The notes beneath the pieces are model-generated. The model worked only from the letters and a program-made list of their open reading frames with translations. It made no database searches and was not told the origin of the DNA. A stretch of DNA of 64,000 nucleotides from Botryllus schlosseri (lineage: Eukaryota). The DNA lies in the NCBI GenBank assembly GCA_051294905.1, contig CM119371.1, positions 16,370,001 to 16,434,000 of the forward strand, read 5' to 3'. A program made the position numbers and the translations under genes. Below are positions 40,517 through 54,266 of the stretch, one piece after another (the stretch's first letter is position 1; the number at the start of each line of letters is the position of its first letter).

Positions 40517-40765
40517 GTAATACTTATCATCCGGTATTATTGGTATAAGATAGACGTACTTCTCCCACCAAAGCCACTTTATCATTGAATTCTGCCGTGC
40601 AGTACGAGTCCCTGTCGAATGAATGAACTTATTATCATTACCCGATATATCCACCGTTGTTGGGGAGTTTGTGATTTATCTAGGTAGCCCATGTTAGAAA
40701 GGGAAACAATAGTTTCAAGCATCATTGTAATACACACTATTAATGGTTATGATCTCTCACCGCAG

Positions 40766-40987
40766 ATGAAATATATCAGATGCATATTTCACGGTGTATG
40801 TCGTATTTCACTCGATGACATATCGTCTCTCCTAAACAACTCTAATTTGAAGAAAGTAACATTGATATACTTGAGAAAACGTGATATGTTGAAAGGAGAC
40901 GAACTGCAGAAAGTCCAGAAGATTGCAAATGATCTCGATACTGAGTTGGAATTTTTAGAATGTGAGTCATTTTTTGTTACAGCGTAA
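40766..40987 (+). CDS. NLR gene 1 terminal exon (MKYIRCIFHG...NLKKVTLIYL...FFVTA*)
   Basis: ctcaccgcag acceptor, degenerate LRR NLKKVTLI, TAA stop ending at 40987. Confidence 0.75.
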   Translation: MKYIRCIFHGVCRISLDDISSLLNNSNLKKVTLIYLRKRDMLKGDELQKVQKIANDLDTELEFLECESFFVTA

Positions 40988-41269
40988 CTTACATAAGTTA
41001 CATTGTGTACAGGTGGTTGTCACCAATTTCCACAGTTTGCTTTCACACAATATTAGACAAACTATTGAAACGATGCAAAATCAATTCAGGCATGCTCTAT
41101 CAAGTTTAAAATGCACAATCTCATATTGTACGACTCTGTCAGCATACGTCGCCGAGTATTCCATAGTTTGTTTTGAGGTATTCATGGTGTTTGTCGACTA
41201 CTATGGTCATTTATACCAGGCCGATATTCTTTATTTTTATTCCGCAGCTGCCGACTGCGCGTCCCACTT

Positions 41270-41436
41270 CTAGGTTTTTGTTGTAAGACACCGCTTGCGC
41301 GGATGAGGTGGTGAGGAGACGCCTAGATAAACCTTCAACACTTGGGTATACGAATTCTGAAGTTGACCTCGGTCGGATTCGAACCCGCAACCTATTGGTG
41401 TGGCAGCCGCGTCATATACCACTGCGCTATCTCGCC
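41270..41436 (-). mobile_element. tRNA-derived SINE
   Basis: Minus strand GGCGAGATAGCGCAGTGGTA (A box) ... GGGTTCGAATCC (B box), followed by a non-tRNA body. Confidence 0.75.
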
Positions 41437-42989
41437 ACAATGCCACAGTTATTTTAAATTTTGTTTGGTTGGAATATAATTTGTATCCGGTTTATAAGAA
41501 AAAGATCATTCGCATTGAGATCGAATATCGATCTTATATTAAATGACAGAAATATCACAGAATCGAAACCAGTTTCATCACGGCCCGAATACTCCGCATC
41601 TTAAACCATATCGCTGTAACGCGATCACCGATCATGTTGCATGAAATGCTCATTTCACACAGCGGGCCTAATGCGTTACTAAGGCAACTACAAAACTTGT
41701 GCTATAGTTTCATTCATGACATCGCGTTGTTACCACAGGTACCTCATAACGCACCGTAGTAGTGAATATGTGTTAAATTCGATATCCTATGCCTAATACG
41801 ACTATTGGATGTAAAAAATTCAGGCATGATTTCTCATACCGTGCTGTTAGTGAACTTGTGTATGAATTCTCTCAATTTCGAAGCAAGAAGTAGTTGAAAG
41901 TCGTCAGAAAAAATACTTTTACTTGACAAGATCAAGTATGGAAAAATCCATACTTCAGCGTTAAAAAACTGTTGACGTAGAAATAGTATACAAACAAAAC
42001 TACTTGTGTAAGTGGAAGAGTCGCTTTAACCTAATTAAGTACTACAGAAAAGTAGAATTACTTCGCTGCTGATCATGCCCTTAGATACTAGGGGTGTGAT
42101 AAAGATATATCGAGCTTGATAAAAGGGCGATGAGTCAAAACATTTTGCGAATCGGGGGTAATAGTTAATACTCACGCATAAATAGAAGTTAGCGCCGTGA
42201 GATCCTACCGAAATACAAGTAGAAGTAGCAATTTCCAACAAAAAAACAAAATTTTCCCAAGTGGAGGTAGAAAATGTAATGTTCCGAAATGCGCTCAAGT
42301 AAGCAGTTTCAAAAAGTAGATTTGCTCGAAGAGTCACATACTTTTTGCAGTTAATAGGATATCTACATTCGAAATTGCATGATATATCTTCGCGGCTAAT
42401 GGGAAATATCTATCTGCAAATGAGCAGGATCTTTGAAAATATATACTTGTCGTTGCCGTGGTAAATGGGCTATTTCATACGGCTCCTATGACACTTTCAC
42501 GACAAAAACGACAAAACCTCATCTAGGAACTACTTGATACTATACAAATTCCAAATTCTATCAAGTAAGTACTTTTTACTAGCAACTGTTACAGCAAGTA
42601 GAAATTGAAGTAGTCTCCCTGAGTATTCTGGCAAAGTAAAAGTAGTTCGTTACTCACCACAATCTCTGAATGATCCGTAGTTTTCTGTCATACAGAATCC
42701 CACTTATTTTATCGGAAGTGATACGCATCATCTCATCGGGTAGAGACGTCATTGGAATGTGTATCCTCTGAATGTAAGTTGATGTACGTTGTTCCTTCTC
42801 TAAGTATAACTGAAATATAATGTGCGAAGTGTGAAATGAAAAAGAAGTGTTGAAAATAGCTTAACAAAGTAAGCGTTGTGCGGAACATGTTGATATAAGA
42901 AACTGATACGGATGTTCCGACGATAAATACGATAACAATATAAGATACAACTGATTTATATATGTTCACAATAAAAGTCGCTTCAAAGA

Positions 42990-44521
42990 TTCTTATCCAT
43001 GTTTGGTGTTATATGCGGATCTTTCTTCAAGTACAAACAGTAATCTGCAAACATGCTTACGTCCCTGTATCCTTGATACAGTTCTTCCATCTGGCAATAA
43101 TGGTCTTGGTGGAATCTATCTCCTTGTTTTTCACTGTAATCACCACAGTTGACTGGAAAGTGATCCTAATAAGAAATCTAAAATTGCATTTTCACAGAGA
43201 TCGGGGCTCCAAGGGATTGAAAGCTTTCAAACAGCTCTTTGACCTGTGTTTGCTAATCAGGGCTTCTATGCTTTCCAGGAAAGTTTAAATTACTACTCGA
43301 AAAGCTGTCCATGGTCTTTTTCTGCAGCACCCATTGATGCAGTGAAATCTTCGTCTTCGAACAGTTCACAGATCTGTGGCCTATCAAAGACTCCCTTGAT
43401 CGTAGCTTCACTTCAGAGATACGGGGATATTTAATTTGTAGAAAATTGAAGGTTGGGCCATCATTATCAAGTGCCCAGGTATACTTTTTTAAGAGGTCAA
43501 GTTTAACGTGGTGGCAAAAGAATATTTTGTGGATCAGATAAGTAAGCAGATTTGACATTTTCAGAACCAGGTGTAAAACTTGTCCTGTGTGGTCAGCTAA
43601 TTTGTGTGTAGTGGTGATCATCATACCTCGAGTTCTACAGACACAGAATAAAGATGTTTAGTGTAACCGGCCTGTGACCATGTGAAGAGTTCAACGAAAT
43701 CAATATTCAGTCCCTAAATATTTTCCATTTGTGTTGGCTATACTGAGAAGGTTTCAAAAAAATTTTCATATCTTCATAGCTTTCAGAGTTTCATTGAATG
43801 TCCAATTGTCCAACAGCAACAGAACCATTATGTCATTATGTAGTAATACTGCCTTCAAACTTTTTAGAGATGGGTCCAAAAACATCGCCGTTTTGCCGGT
43901 CTGTAGACTATGCTACTATATATACTACTAACAGTGTTGCCCTACCTCGCCCAGACATTGCTTCATTGATCATTTGCTACCATCGTTTAATTTTTATTCT
44001 ATTTTCCTATTTTAACTAAACATTTTTACAGCCAGACTGTTCAGAGTCAAGTGTACCTGTTTGATGCTGGTGTGATCAGACTAGATGACCTTCACAGTCT
44101 TATCGATCATTCCTATCTAATACCGAATACTGTGCATGCATATTTTCTGTACCACCATCGCTGGCGTTTGTTATGTATTTTGGTTGGATGAAAATAAAGA
44201 CTCTCTCTCTCTCTCTCTCTCTATGCCCAAAGCTAATATTATTCTTGAAAAATCTTTACAGTTTACTACAGGGAATGGTCTTCGTCATAATTGAATTATT
44301 TTCTAAACTCTTTCTCAAAACTTCTTTTCGAAATCCTTTTTATGACGTCACAAATCCTAATCGCACAACGCTGAAAGCTGCAGTTTTCGAAAATTGAAAT
44401 GCAATTTGCCAAAAAACTAGACCTGATTGAATAAAATGGATAAATGTTTAGGATTCAGCATCAAAAACTACACTACGAACCGTAAATATTTGAGTAAACT
44501 CAAAATTAACGCACCACAGTG
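42990..44521 (-). mobile_element. Degraded Chapaev(3)-like (CMC) transposon/transposase pseudogene
   Basis: Frameshifted minus-strand motifs QAGYTK, HVKLDLLKKY..ALD.DG..F.FL..KYPRISE.KL, SEKQGDRFHQD and SMFADYC. CACTG terminus at 44521. Family assignment is from memory of the motifs. Confidence 0.6.
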
Positions 44522-46993
44522 CTATTATGATGAGTTGAAAAAGGTCTTCAGCCGACATTATAAACGTGTTGTGTCTTAACAACGACGGCCATTTAATCAC
44601 GGTAAACATGGACGACGTTGGACGTGCATTAGGATTTGATGACTTTGGCCGGACCCTGATGGAAAATGGATTTATGATTCACTCGAAGATGGATTAGAAT
44701 CTACACTTCTGCATTAAATTTGCCGTAACATACAATTTTCGTGGTTCATTCGTTACCGCATTGGACGTGGATATGAACGTTAAGCAAAATTCAATCTGGA
44801 TTTGGATCCGGCCTTTAGTTTGAATTTCTCATCCGGAACAGGATTTGAAATCTAAAATTTTAGATAAGCGCAAGTTCCGTACGCCATCTTACCGTAATTA
44901 AACCTCCGTGTATAGCAAGACACAATTTCTTCAGATATTTCACATTATGTTCAACAACAGAACACAATTCATATGACGCATATATCTTGTACTAAAAAGT
45001 ATTTTATACCTTGTCAATTATTTGTCATTTCAGTGAGACGAGAAAGTGATGCCTGGGAGCGACTCGACTTCAACTTTTATTAAGAATTTCATCGGAACAG
45101 GTGAGAAAATGACGCGAAGTCTAATCGTTCCAAAATGAGAGTTGAGATTTATCCTTCCATTTCATGGTCGATCCATTCTCACACACATTCGGTTTCAAAC
45201 AATAGCATAGAGATATTGTGACGTGATCTGTGCAGGAAATAAATTCATATACATTTATTAAGTCGGATAGTGACGTCGGATGGTGACGTCAGAACGATAC
45301 CACACGAGGTATCAAAATTTTTTTCGTTCATTCTGCAATAATATAATAGCGTTGTCATGTATAATTTTATATCGAGTCACGACATACTTGTCACGTTACT
45401 GAAAAGTGATAAGTAGGAGTAAAAGTCGTATAAATTAATAACTACTTCAGTAATAGTGAAAGTTGGCGAAACTTACTTTTGGATATGTAAAAAGTAGAAG
45501 TAATTGATTACTGGCCAGCTCTGCCAATGTATGATACTAAAGTTGGTTTTCGGCAGTAATGCGTCACTTCAATGCATGGTTGCTTGCAAGAGTCAGCTGC
45601 AGTAAATCTCATTTTCATTGGATATTTGATTGTAAAAACAGAGATATCACGAGATACTCGCAGCATTATTTCGTTGATACTGCATCACTCGAAACATAAT
45701 CTGTCCGGATGGTTTAAATGCTGGAAGTGAAAAAAAAGAGTTGATAGACGGAATATGTATTAGAATGATTTGTAGAAACTATCGAAATAGGTATTGATTC
45801 GACTGGAACAAAAGCTGGTGTGATGCCTTAATTTTTTTACTCGGCTTTAAATTGTCTTAGGGTAAATCAAGGTTTCAAAATTACTGAAGTCTGTGAATTA
45901 AAAATAGTACTAACGAATTTTCTTAGTTTTATCGCAATGACAACTTACTAATTTTCGTACGCATCGCCTGTAACAACGTATATTAAAAATAGTGCCACAA
46001 ATAGATGCAAATTAGGAATTATATATTGCCGTTGCTTATGTCCCATTCATGGTGATGTTTTGACTTCTTGATCATATTACTCCAGCAGCCGGATCATCAT
46101 ATTATCAATTACAGAGCCGCCATCAGACATGACACCGGCTGTCAGCTGACAGCCAGCTGTAGTATAATAGCGGTAGCATGTTCAATTGTAGTCAGCAGAG
46201 CCACGTCTACCAAAAGAAACATGTCTAACTCCGTTGGTGTTGCTTGCCGGATACTGATCCTAAATAGACTCCGCTGGGTGAATGCTGTTATAAGCCACAA
46301 AATGGACTTCAACACACTAGAGAAAGTTCAAGGGTGCTGCGGCCAGAGTATACTTGACATAGCGGACGTAAATTTGAAAACGCGCGTTTTATGGACTGAG
46401 GTGAGCAAATTCCGAGCCATGAGAATTAGCAGCGCGAACAAATGTTGGCAATAGAACGCTTCGCCACTGCATACTGTTGAACATACACAATACAAGAGAT
46501 ATATAATTAAACATAGTTTCATGTAAGGTCAATCAGTTGTCACTTCGCCTGAATACTCCTATTCACTTTCCATTGCGATAACCTATATAGTAGCATTTTT
46601 AATACATGGCGAGACGACGCGGACCGCATGCATGTCAATTATGACCGAACGAAAAAGTTAAACTAAAATTTTACATAAATCTATTTGCTATGGCATTGAG
46701 TATGGTACTACCGCTGTGATGACCTGTACCGATCATCATCATCGATGTAAAACACTCCAGAACAGAGAAAAGAATTAAAAGATATAGTAACTTTCACCTG
46801 ACACCAGCAATAATCATTATGACAGGCAAAACTCCCGAACTGAGCCTGAAAATGAGATAGCACCATATTTCTGTTACATACTGGAAATCTCAAATATACA
46901 TACGCATTGAATCCGTATAATTTATAGGATTGTCGGCTGCGATCACCAACTATAATTTGTCTTTGATTTGGTATGGTGTAATGACGTACTCGC

Positions 46994-47400
46994 TAGGGCT
47001 ACCATATTTTAGAAACGGGAAAGGAGGACACTTTTTCAAAGTTTTCAGACATCCAATACTGGACTAAAATTCAAAAAAATGTTGAATTTACCACGAAACT
47101 GTTGTTGATTGACTAAAAAAAGGTCAACCTAACGGCTCAACTGCCGAAATACAGTTTTTTTCTTCACATTTTTCGTTGGTTGACTAAAAAAAAGTCGTCG
47201 ATCACGTTCGAACCACGAATTTCCTGTTTAGCGTCATTTATGTCCATTTTCGCACGGATCTATCCATCATCTTAGCTTTAACAGCTGTAAGGAATGATGA
47301 ATTGCCAAAAGAGAGGACATTTAGGCGTCCTCGGAAGAAATTTTCAAAAACCTGAAAAAGGAGGACAAATCCTCCTAAATGAGGACGTATGGTAGCCCTA
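46994..47400. mobile_element. hAT-type MITE (TAGGGCTACCATA TIR)
   Basis: TIRs, degenerate TSD gtactcgc/atactcgt. Inverse relative at about 23176-23560. Confidence 0.7.
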
Positions 47401-49281
47401 ATACTCGTACACTGTCCAACTCCGTCTTATTGTTCACATAGCATGCGTGTTCAATTATTGAAGATATTCATTTACTCGGGAAGAAGAACGGGATGTAGAA
47501 GATGGGAAACTTTAAAGTATGAGAAGAGGAAAAAATCCGTCATTACCAAAATTAACATTTCTCGAGAATAATGAATGTGTTACATTTTACAATTCGAGCT
47601 GACTATTTCGCTCATGATTGATGCTGCGACATGTGCTCAATTTTATGATCATATTTATATTGTACATTTTTCACTTCTGCAACCTCAAAAAGTGGGCCGA
47701 AGTTTGACAGCTCGACAAAAACCATGTTCATACCTGAAAAACGTCGTGGCGTTGTTCTTTTATTTCGCGGATGAATATTTTACGGCGTAATTTACTGAAT
47801 TATCGGATTTGTACAAAAATAATATTTCACGACAGTGGCGGTAAAGCTGCCATCATGTCATATTCCATTCTTTTGTACAGATTCCTTCGCAAGGTATAAT
47901 GGAATAGCGGAATTTTAGAATGGATATCGTTTTCTAGTATGACGAGTCCTTTCATATGGGGTATTTCGAAGTAGCCACCGTTGTTTTATTGTTTGAACCT
48001 GTCGAATCAAGAATCGACATACAATTATAATATCAATAATATCGGCCAACATTTGCATATGCTATCATGTATATTCGTGATGTTACTTTCTCAAGGTCAC
48101 TATTCCATTCTTGCAATCTTTCACAATTATTGTAGAATCAAGTTACATGTATATTGTATATAGACATTAAAATCCCATTATGTGTTAGAGTGCTTGTTCA
48201 GTACCTTTGAGATAATTGATTGCCAGAAAATGTACAAAAATAAAACACAAAATGATTGAAAGGAAAAACCGAAAAAAAAATTATGATAATCTTGCATGTG
48301 TAGGTACGTAGGTATTGGGGGGGAACGGGGTTAGCTACTCGGCGTTTTGCCTAAGGACGATATCTGGCGATAATTACTCCTGCCCATTAATTAGAGAAAT
48401 GGACATCAAATTTAAACTGATTCCAGAGGTGGTCAGTAACGAAGTACTTGTACTTTTTCGAAGTACTCAAGTCGTTTTCCGCTACTTCTGGTACTTACTC
48501 AAGTCGATCTTTTTTTGCTACTTCTACTTCGTATTATTTTGTGAACTACTTACTTACTTTTCGCTATTTTCAGTTTGTCAAGTAGAAGTAGTTTAATACC
48601 CCATTAAGAAGGATAGCCTAAGGAATTTCGGGGCTGTTTTCACGTAGTACCAGCATTTAATTGTCATAAAAGTCATGTAATACCCAGAATTTTTGTTGCT
48701 CTGCGCGCACAGTAGATATGGAGCGTCAAATATGGTTTACCGGAAGTATCGCTGAACATAATTTAGATACCGGGTTGCGTGGTTCCGTTCACACCGCGCA
48801 TTGTCGTCTAGGCTCTATCAAATATTCCATCACAGTAAGTATGCCCCCATACCGTTTGAAACTACCGTTTCGCAATCTAGAAATTACCTATTATACCTAG
48901 CAGCCCATGACGTGTCCTAATCTGGAAAAGTGGACTATTACTTTTTTAGGGCTAGATATGTTTTAGCAGACCACCGTTGAAACTTTCTGGACAAAAGACA
49001 TGAAATATATTTTCCACTTTTTAGAAGTATTTTTTTTTCAATTACGAGTATTATACGGTGAGTTCTAATTATAGTTTCAGTTCTTTTGTCTGGAGAACAT
49101 ACATGTTGAAGTATAAAAGCAAGTGTAGTAATGCCTTATATTTAACGAAAATACACGCTATATGGCATTTTTACGAACTGCCCTATTTTTAATTAACGTA
49201 TACTAATCGCGCGAAGTGTTGAAGCCGTATCCGACACAACTTCCCGGTATTGCTTTTCGATTGAACTAGTGGCCTTATAAT

Positions 49282-49798
49282 TAGGGCTTGGCACAATGAT
49301 TCGAGTACTCGAATCTGAATCGAGTATTAATTTTAATGATTCGAGTCGAGTGGTAAAAGACGATTTTTACGAGTACTGAAATTATACGTTCCTCGCCACT
49401 GAAAGTTAATTTAGCAACGAGATTTATAGTTTCGATACTAATTTTCACTGTTGGAGCCTTTAAACCTTGATTGGCCGTATCGCAGCACACGAAAAATATA
49501 GTACAAAGCTACGAACGTTACTGGAAATAGCACATTTCCGAAGTCATGATCATCCCTCAACATTGTCACCATGTGCAATGAAATCGGTATGGTCGAATAA
49601 ATACCCAAGTATCTTTAATGTGATGCATAACAGGCATTATATTCTTTGTAGTCGCATAAAAGGTATATATTTCAACTTTGACACAATACATTATGTTATG
49701 ACGTCATATTGAGTGATACTGGATTACTCGACTAGACTCGAAGCATATTACGTGATTCAGAATCGAATCACTCAGGTACTCGATTTTGCCCAGCCCTA
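49282..49798 (-). mobile_element. hAT-type MITE family A, copy 3
   Basis: Same TIR and body. TSD cttataat/cttatgat. Confidence 0.85.
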
Positions 49799-50046
49799 CT
49801 TATGATATAGGGGAGGGCGCCATGCCATGATATTCTCTAAAGCGGGGTGTTCGAGTAAACAAAGGATTAGTATCGCATTTCCATGTCAACAAAATCCATT
49901 ACATTCCATGATGTGGACGACTGCTCATTGACACATCCTGGGATGCATCAACATGAATCAAGCTCTCCACACCTTCCGCATAGCTCCATTTGCAGTCCAT
50001 GCGAACGAATTACGATCGTTTTTCACCACTACTTACTACCACACGC

Positions 50047-50190
50047 GGGGAAGCGAGTGGCGCAGTTGGTTAAACACTGCAGCCACGACACCAATGGTTG
50101 GTGGTTCGAGTCTCGGCTCTGCCATGTTTCTATGTGTCGGAGGTTTATCTGGGCTCCTCATCGCCGATCCCGCTGTAATACAGCGCATTG
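50047..50190 (+). mobile_element. tRNA-derived SINE, diverged relative of 41270-41436
   Basis: A box TGGCGCAGTTGG, B box GGTTCGAGTC, shared body AGGTTTATCT.GG..CTCCTCA. Confidence 0.65.
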
Positions 50191-52223
50191 AAAAGCTCAG
50201 ACGAAGAGAGAGCCGAACTCTTGAAAGATGGCAGCTAAAGAGCAAAAAGCAGAGCAAAAAGCAAAGAGACATCTGACATTTATGAATTTCATGTACTGGG
50301 CGCAAATGACTATAATAGCGATAAGCGCCAATGATGTAATAAAACAAACAAACCACTACTTACTTACTTGAGTAAATATAAAGTCAGTCAATTTTACTTC
50401 TACTTCAAGTAGTTTTAGGTTGCTTTTGTAAGAATTGCTTCCATTCGTACATGAGTAGATTTTTTCATCGCTACTTCTACTTTTACTTGAGTAGCTTTCA
50501 TGACTACTTCGACCACCTCTGATTGATTCCGAAATTTGAAACGAATGTTTCGTCACGCTGTCGTAATGTAGAGCTCATGGTATGCTTTGGACTTGGCGTA
50601 CGTTACAATGTCACAATGTAAGCGTTGTACGAAACCGTTTTTAAAAGCAGCTTAAAACTCGTTTAGGAACAGTCATACATAAATAAAGTTGGTTAAATTT
50701 CGACAGTGCAATTGAGTGATATTAGCACTAATTTACAGTCTCGAATTTTTTCAAAAGAAACTGAGCATCCGGCTCAAGTTAGTGGTTTATAACAGCACCT
50801 CGCCCCGCAGAAACGTCTATAGAAACACGTATACCACGTTTCATATCAAAATTCAATATTAAATGTAGTAATAAATATTTACTCGGGGCTCAATGTAGAC
50901 CACTGTTTTTAGATTATACTAAAAGTTCCTATTGTTAGTACAAATACAAATTAGGTTGGAGGATTTTGATAGAAGTCGACTTCAAGGTACATAAGTGAAA
51001 GAACGGACGACGCGAAATCTATCGTCTCGATATTTATTCGCACTCATACAAGTATCCATCAAATGTTTTCGAATGGAAGACGAGGACGGTTCCACTGAAC
51101 CGATGCCTATCGACTGAATCCAACCACTGGGTTCACCCGCCATTGTATTGTTTCTTTGAAACGTCGTGCAATCACATTTCTCGCTTCACGTCGTCTGTAT
51201 ATGATAATGATAACATCGCGAGCAGTATGATTTTATTGATAGTAGGTGGCGCGGACAATTCGTTCTATTTACATCGTCTGAATTTAGAATTTAAGAATTC
51301 CTATAGGGGTGTGAATACATTAAGAGGAGCTGCTGCGCTTAATTCTTCCATTAACGTAGTCTGTACATGATAATTGACACTGATATATGTATAATTGTAT
51401 ATCCGGTGACGCAGTTCGCGGTCGAACCCGGCGTGTTCGATCGCAAATCGTCGTAAACGCTACCCGCGTATATATACTTTTTCTTACAAAAATGAGCTTT
51501 TTAAGTCGCCAACCATCCATTCCACCACGAATCAATGACCAGATTTATTAGCCAGTTAGGTTTGATGAGCAGGAGTCCTGACCATACGTACAAATACATC
51601 CACGAACGTAATGATCCAATTTTGAGTGCTTACCGCATCACCGTGATAAACGATCGACGCGATAATGCCTTGCACACGGTATTCGTTGGTTGTATCTACC
51701 TTGCTATATGAATACCAAACTCTTCCGTATTAATAAATGTAAATTGGAACTGTTTGGGTTCAATTCTACTCTATCGGCTCAATTTACCATGGCCACAAGT
51801 TTTCTGCTTCTGATGCTAGCGATAGCTTGCTAAAGATGTAGGCCTACAACAGTATCTTCATGCCGTTCTCAAATATATAGTAGTTCGATTCCGCATGTAT
51901 TCCAATCCGCAGTCCTTAACTGGAAAATCCAAATATACCGATATATAATGTCGGTATATACGAATTCTCGAAGAGAAACCGATAGTGAAACGATTTGAAT
52001 CTTGAACCTCATAATCATGACCTGGCGTTAGAGTTGACAGTGTTTTTAGTGCTGCCAGATAACAAGGGAAATGCGGTCAAGGACTTGAAATCGTTCTAAT
52101 TTAAGACTGACTCAAACCTAAACTTGATTATATGGGACGGATAACAATGCACCCGCATCATACCCCACATAATATTAAAGTGTAATGTAAAAATATAACT
52201 TCGGGATTACTTGTTCCAACGAC

Positions 52224-52737
52224 TAGGGCTGGGCACAATGATTTAAGTACTCGAATCTAAATCGAGTATTAATCTTAATTATTGTAGTCGAGTAGTAAAA
52301 GAAGATTTTTTCGAGTACTGAAATTATACACCTCTCGCCACTGAAAGTTCATTTATCAACGAAAATTATATTTTCGATACTAATTTTCACTGTGAAGCCT
52401 TGAAACTTTGATTGGCCGTATCGTAGCATACGAAACATATAGTACAACGCTAGTAACGTTACTAGAAATAGCACATTTCCGAAGTTATGATCATCCCCCA
52501 TCATTGTCACCAAGTGCAATGAACTCGGTATTGTCGAAAAAATACCAAAGTATCTTTAATGTGATGGACACAGGCATTTTATTCTTTGTCGTCGCATAAA
52601 AGGTACATATTTGAATTTTGACATATTAATTATGTTATGAGGGCATAATGAGCGATACACGATTACTCGAATCGAATCGAAGCATATTGCATGATTCAGA
52701 ATCGAATCACTCAGGTACTCGATTTTGCTCAGCCCTA
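52224..52737 (-). mobile_element. hAT-type MITE family A, copy 4
   Basis: Same TIR and body. Perfect TSD ccaacgac. Confidence 0.9.
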
Positions 52738-53702
52738 CCAACGACGACGCGAGTGGGGCCATGTGTTAATCAAGAACGACCCGCAATAAATGAAATTGAG
52801 CTTCGTCAAATTTGTATCGCAGATTTATCTGTGCTTCTTATTTTCTACCCGACTATGCAGCAAAAAAGTCCAAACAAAGGATGGAAGCGAGCCGAGCGGA
52901 AGAGTGGGCAGCAAGGCGAGACAGAAATGGCGCATAGAAGCGAGAATGGCGATGGCTGGAAATGAGCTGACAGTCGTACGAACGTTTGCACAGTCAAAGA
53001 CCTGTGAAAATTCCAATAGTACAGAGTTGGGGTGCAAATGACCTTAAAAGCCAATACAGGAATCTGTGTAATGAAAAACAAGAACATAGAAAATGGAGGT
53101 TAGCAGGGAGAATGGGGGCTCTCGTAGATTCAAACCAGGTATCCGCCTACAAGTACGCCGTTACGGACTGCTTGCAAAACACAGTATATTAAACTTGCTT
53201 ACCATTTTCAATGTGTCATAGTTTCGATTGAAGGTAATGAATGATGACTGCTGATGAGTGTTAAGTTGTCATTTTTCTGCATCAATAGTGATGTAACCAG
53301 TGTTGAGATATCGTGTTGAGACTGATATTCTAGTTTCGAATACATAGGTTGGGACGAGAAATGCTTTAATGTTCTATTGACTATTGACTCTTACCAATAA
53401 TTATGATAATCATAACATCTTTTAACTACATACTTACTTGAATAACTCTTTACTTACTTTAGTTTTCTATTTCTAATTTTCTATAATGCTCAGAATATAT
53501 TTATTTCTACTTGTAGTATGGGGAAGACATTTGCTATATTACTTCTACTCCAACTTGAATAGAAACAGCGTCTACTATCACCACGTTTGCGTATTTCTTA
53601 ATTTGAAAATATTTTGGATTGGTGGGTGTTATTGTAACGATCAGAGATCAGGTTGCGACTGTATTGCAGTGATATAAACAGGGCAATATTTGACACGATC
53701 AA

Positions 53703-53738
53703 ATGTCCGATGTGAATCCAAACACCGAAGCATGGCAG
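53703..53738 (+). CDS. Putative first coding exon of NACHT gene 2 (MSDVNPNTEAWQ)
   Basis: ATG after an in-frame stop, CAG|gtctgt donor, 63-nt intron to the next exon (phase 0). Confidence 0.4.
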
Positions 53739-53801
53739 GTCTGTTGATAGACACGGAGCCTTTGAATAGAAATTGAACCCTTTAAATTTGTGTTTATGCA
53801 G

Positions 53802-53862
53802 CCTTTCACGCCTGGAGAAATAGAGCAACCTCCGCCAGTACCCATGAGGCCGATAATACGAG
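53802..53862 (+). CDS. Putative exon of NACHT gene 2 (PFTPGEIEQPPPVPMRPIIR)
   Basis: Strong acceptor tgtttatgcag and donor GAG|gtaagt. Phase 1 end joins in frame to the 57041 exon. Confidence 0.55.
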
Positions 53863-54266
53863 GTAAGTCCGAATATAAAGTCCCAAATTGTCTGATATAT
53901 TGTCAAAATAGCCTTACGAATATCATATCATGCACCAAATCTGATACGTGAGCAATGAGTTCGACCCGACTGACATCTTTGACAAAAACCTTCAGTATCA
54001 GTATTGAGTATCAGTTTGTTATTATTTTCATCATTTCAAAACACCACAAAACGGCGATACAATGACGAGATAGGAAGGTGTCGAAACGACCTTGAGTAGT
54101 CTTTGAAATCAGTCAGCCACCCTGGCCTAGGTGGACTAGAGAAGAGGCATGCACACTAAATGAAAAGTAAAGCAGCGAATATATAGAAGGCAAGCGACAA
54201 AATGAGGTGCCGTGCGGCGGAAGACGGGATCGATTTGTTATCTCGTGGTCTGGTAATCCTATAGGC

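Larger units (their letters stand above)
27138..40987 (+). other. Gene model: NLR-like protein (duplicated cRHIM/amyloid-like N-terminal module - NACHT - LRR-like), 12 coding exons, about 1006 aa
   Basis: Exons 27138-27198, 27415-27561, 31993-32076, 32291-32440, 36333-37733, 38472-38812, 38868-38972, 39531-39626, 39694-39858, 40081-40161, 40349-40516, 40766-40987. All introns are GT-AG, phases are compatible, total is 3021 nt with no internal stop. Confidence 0.8.
48424..50521. mobile_element. hAT-type element with AGTA/TACT-rich subterminal repeats, hosting a MITE and a SINE
   Basis: TIR CAGAGGTGGTC, TSD actgattc/attgattc. Confidence 0.75.

Noticed and set aside
41360..41436. Genuine tRNA gene
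   Set aside because: The acceptor and anticodon stems pair poorly, and it continues into a body shared with 50047-50190, so it is a SINE.
52790..53192. Purine-rich exon-like block upstream of gene 2
   Set aside because: All three frames hit stops between the candidate acceptor (52860) and donor (about 53139). At most it is a UTR exon.
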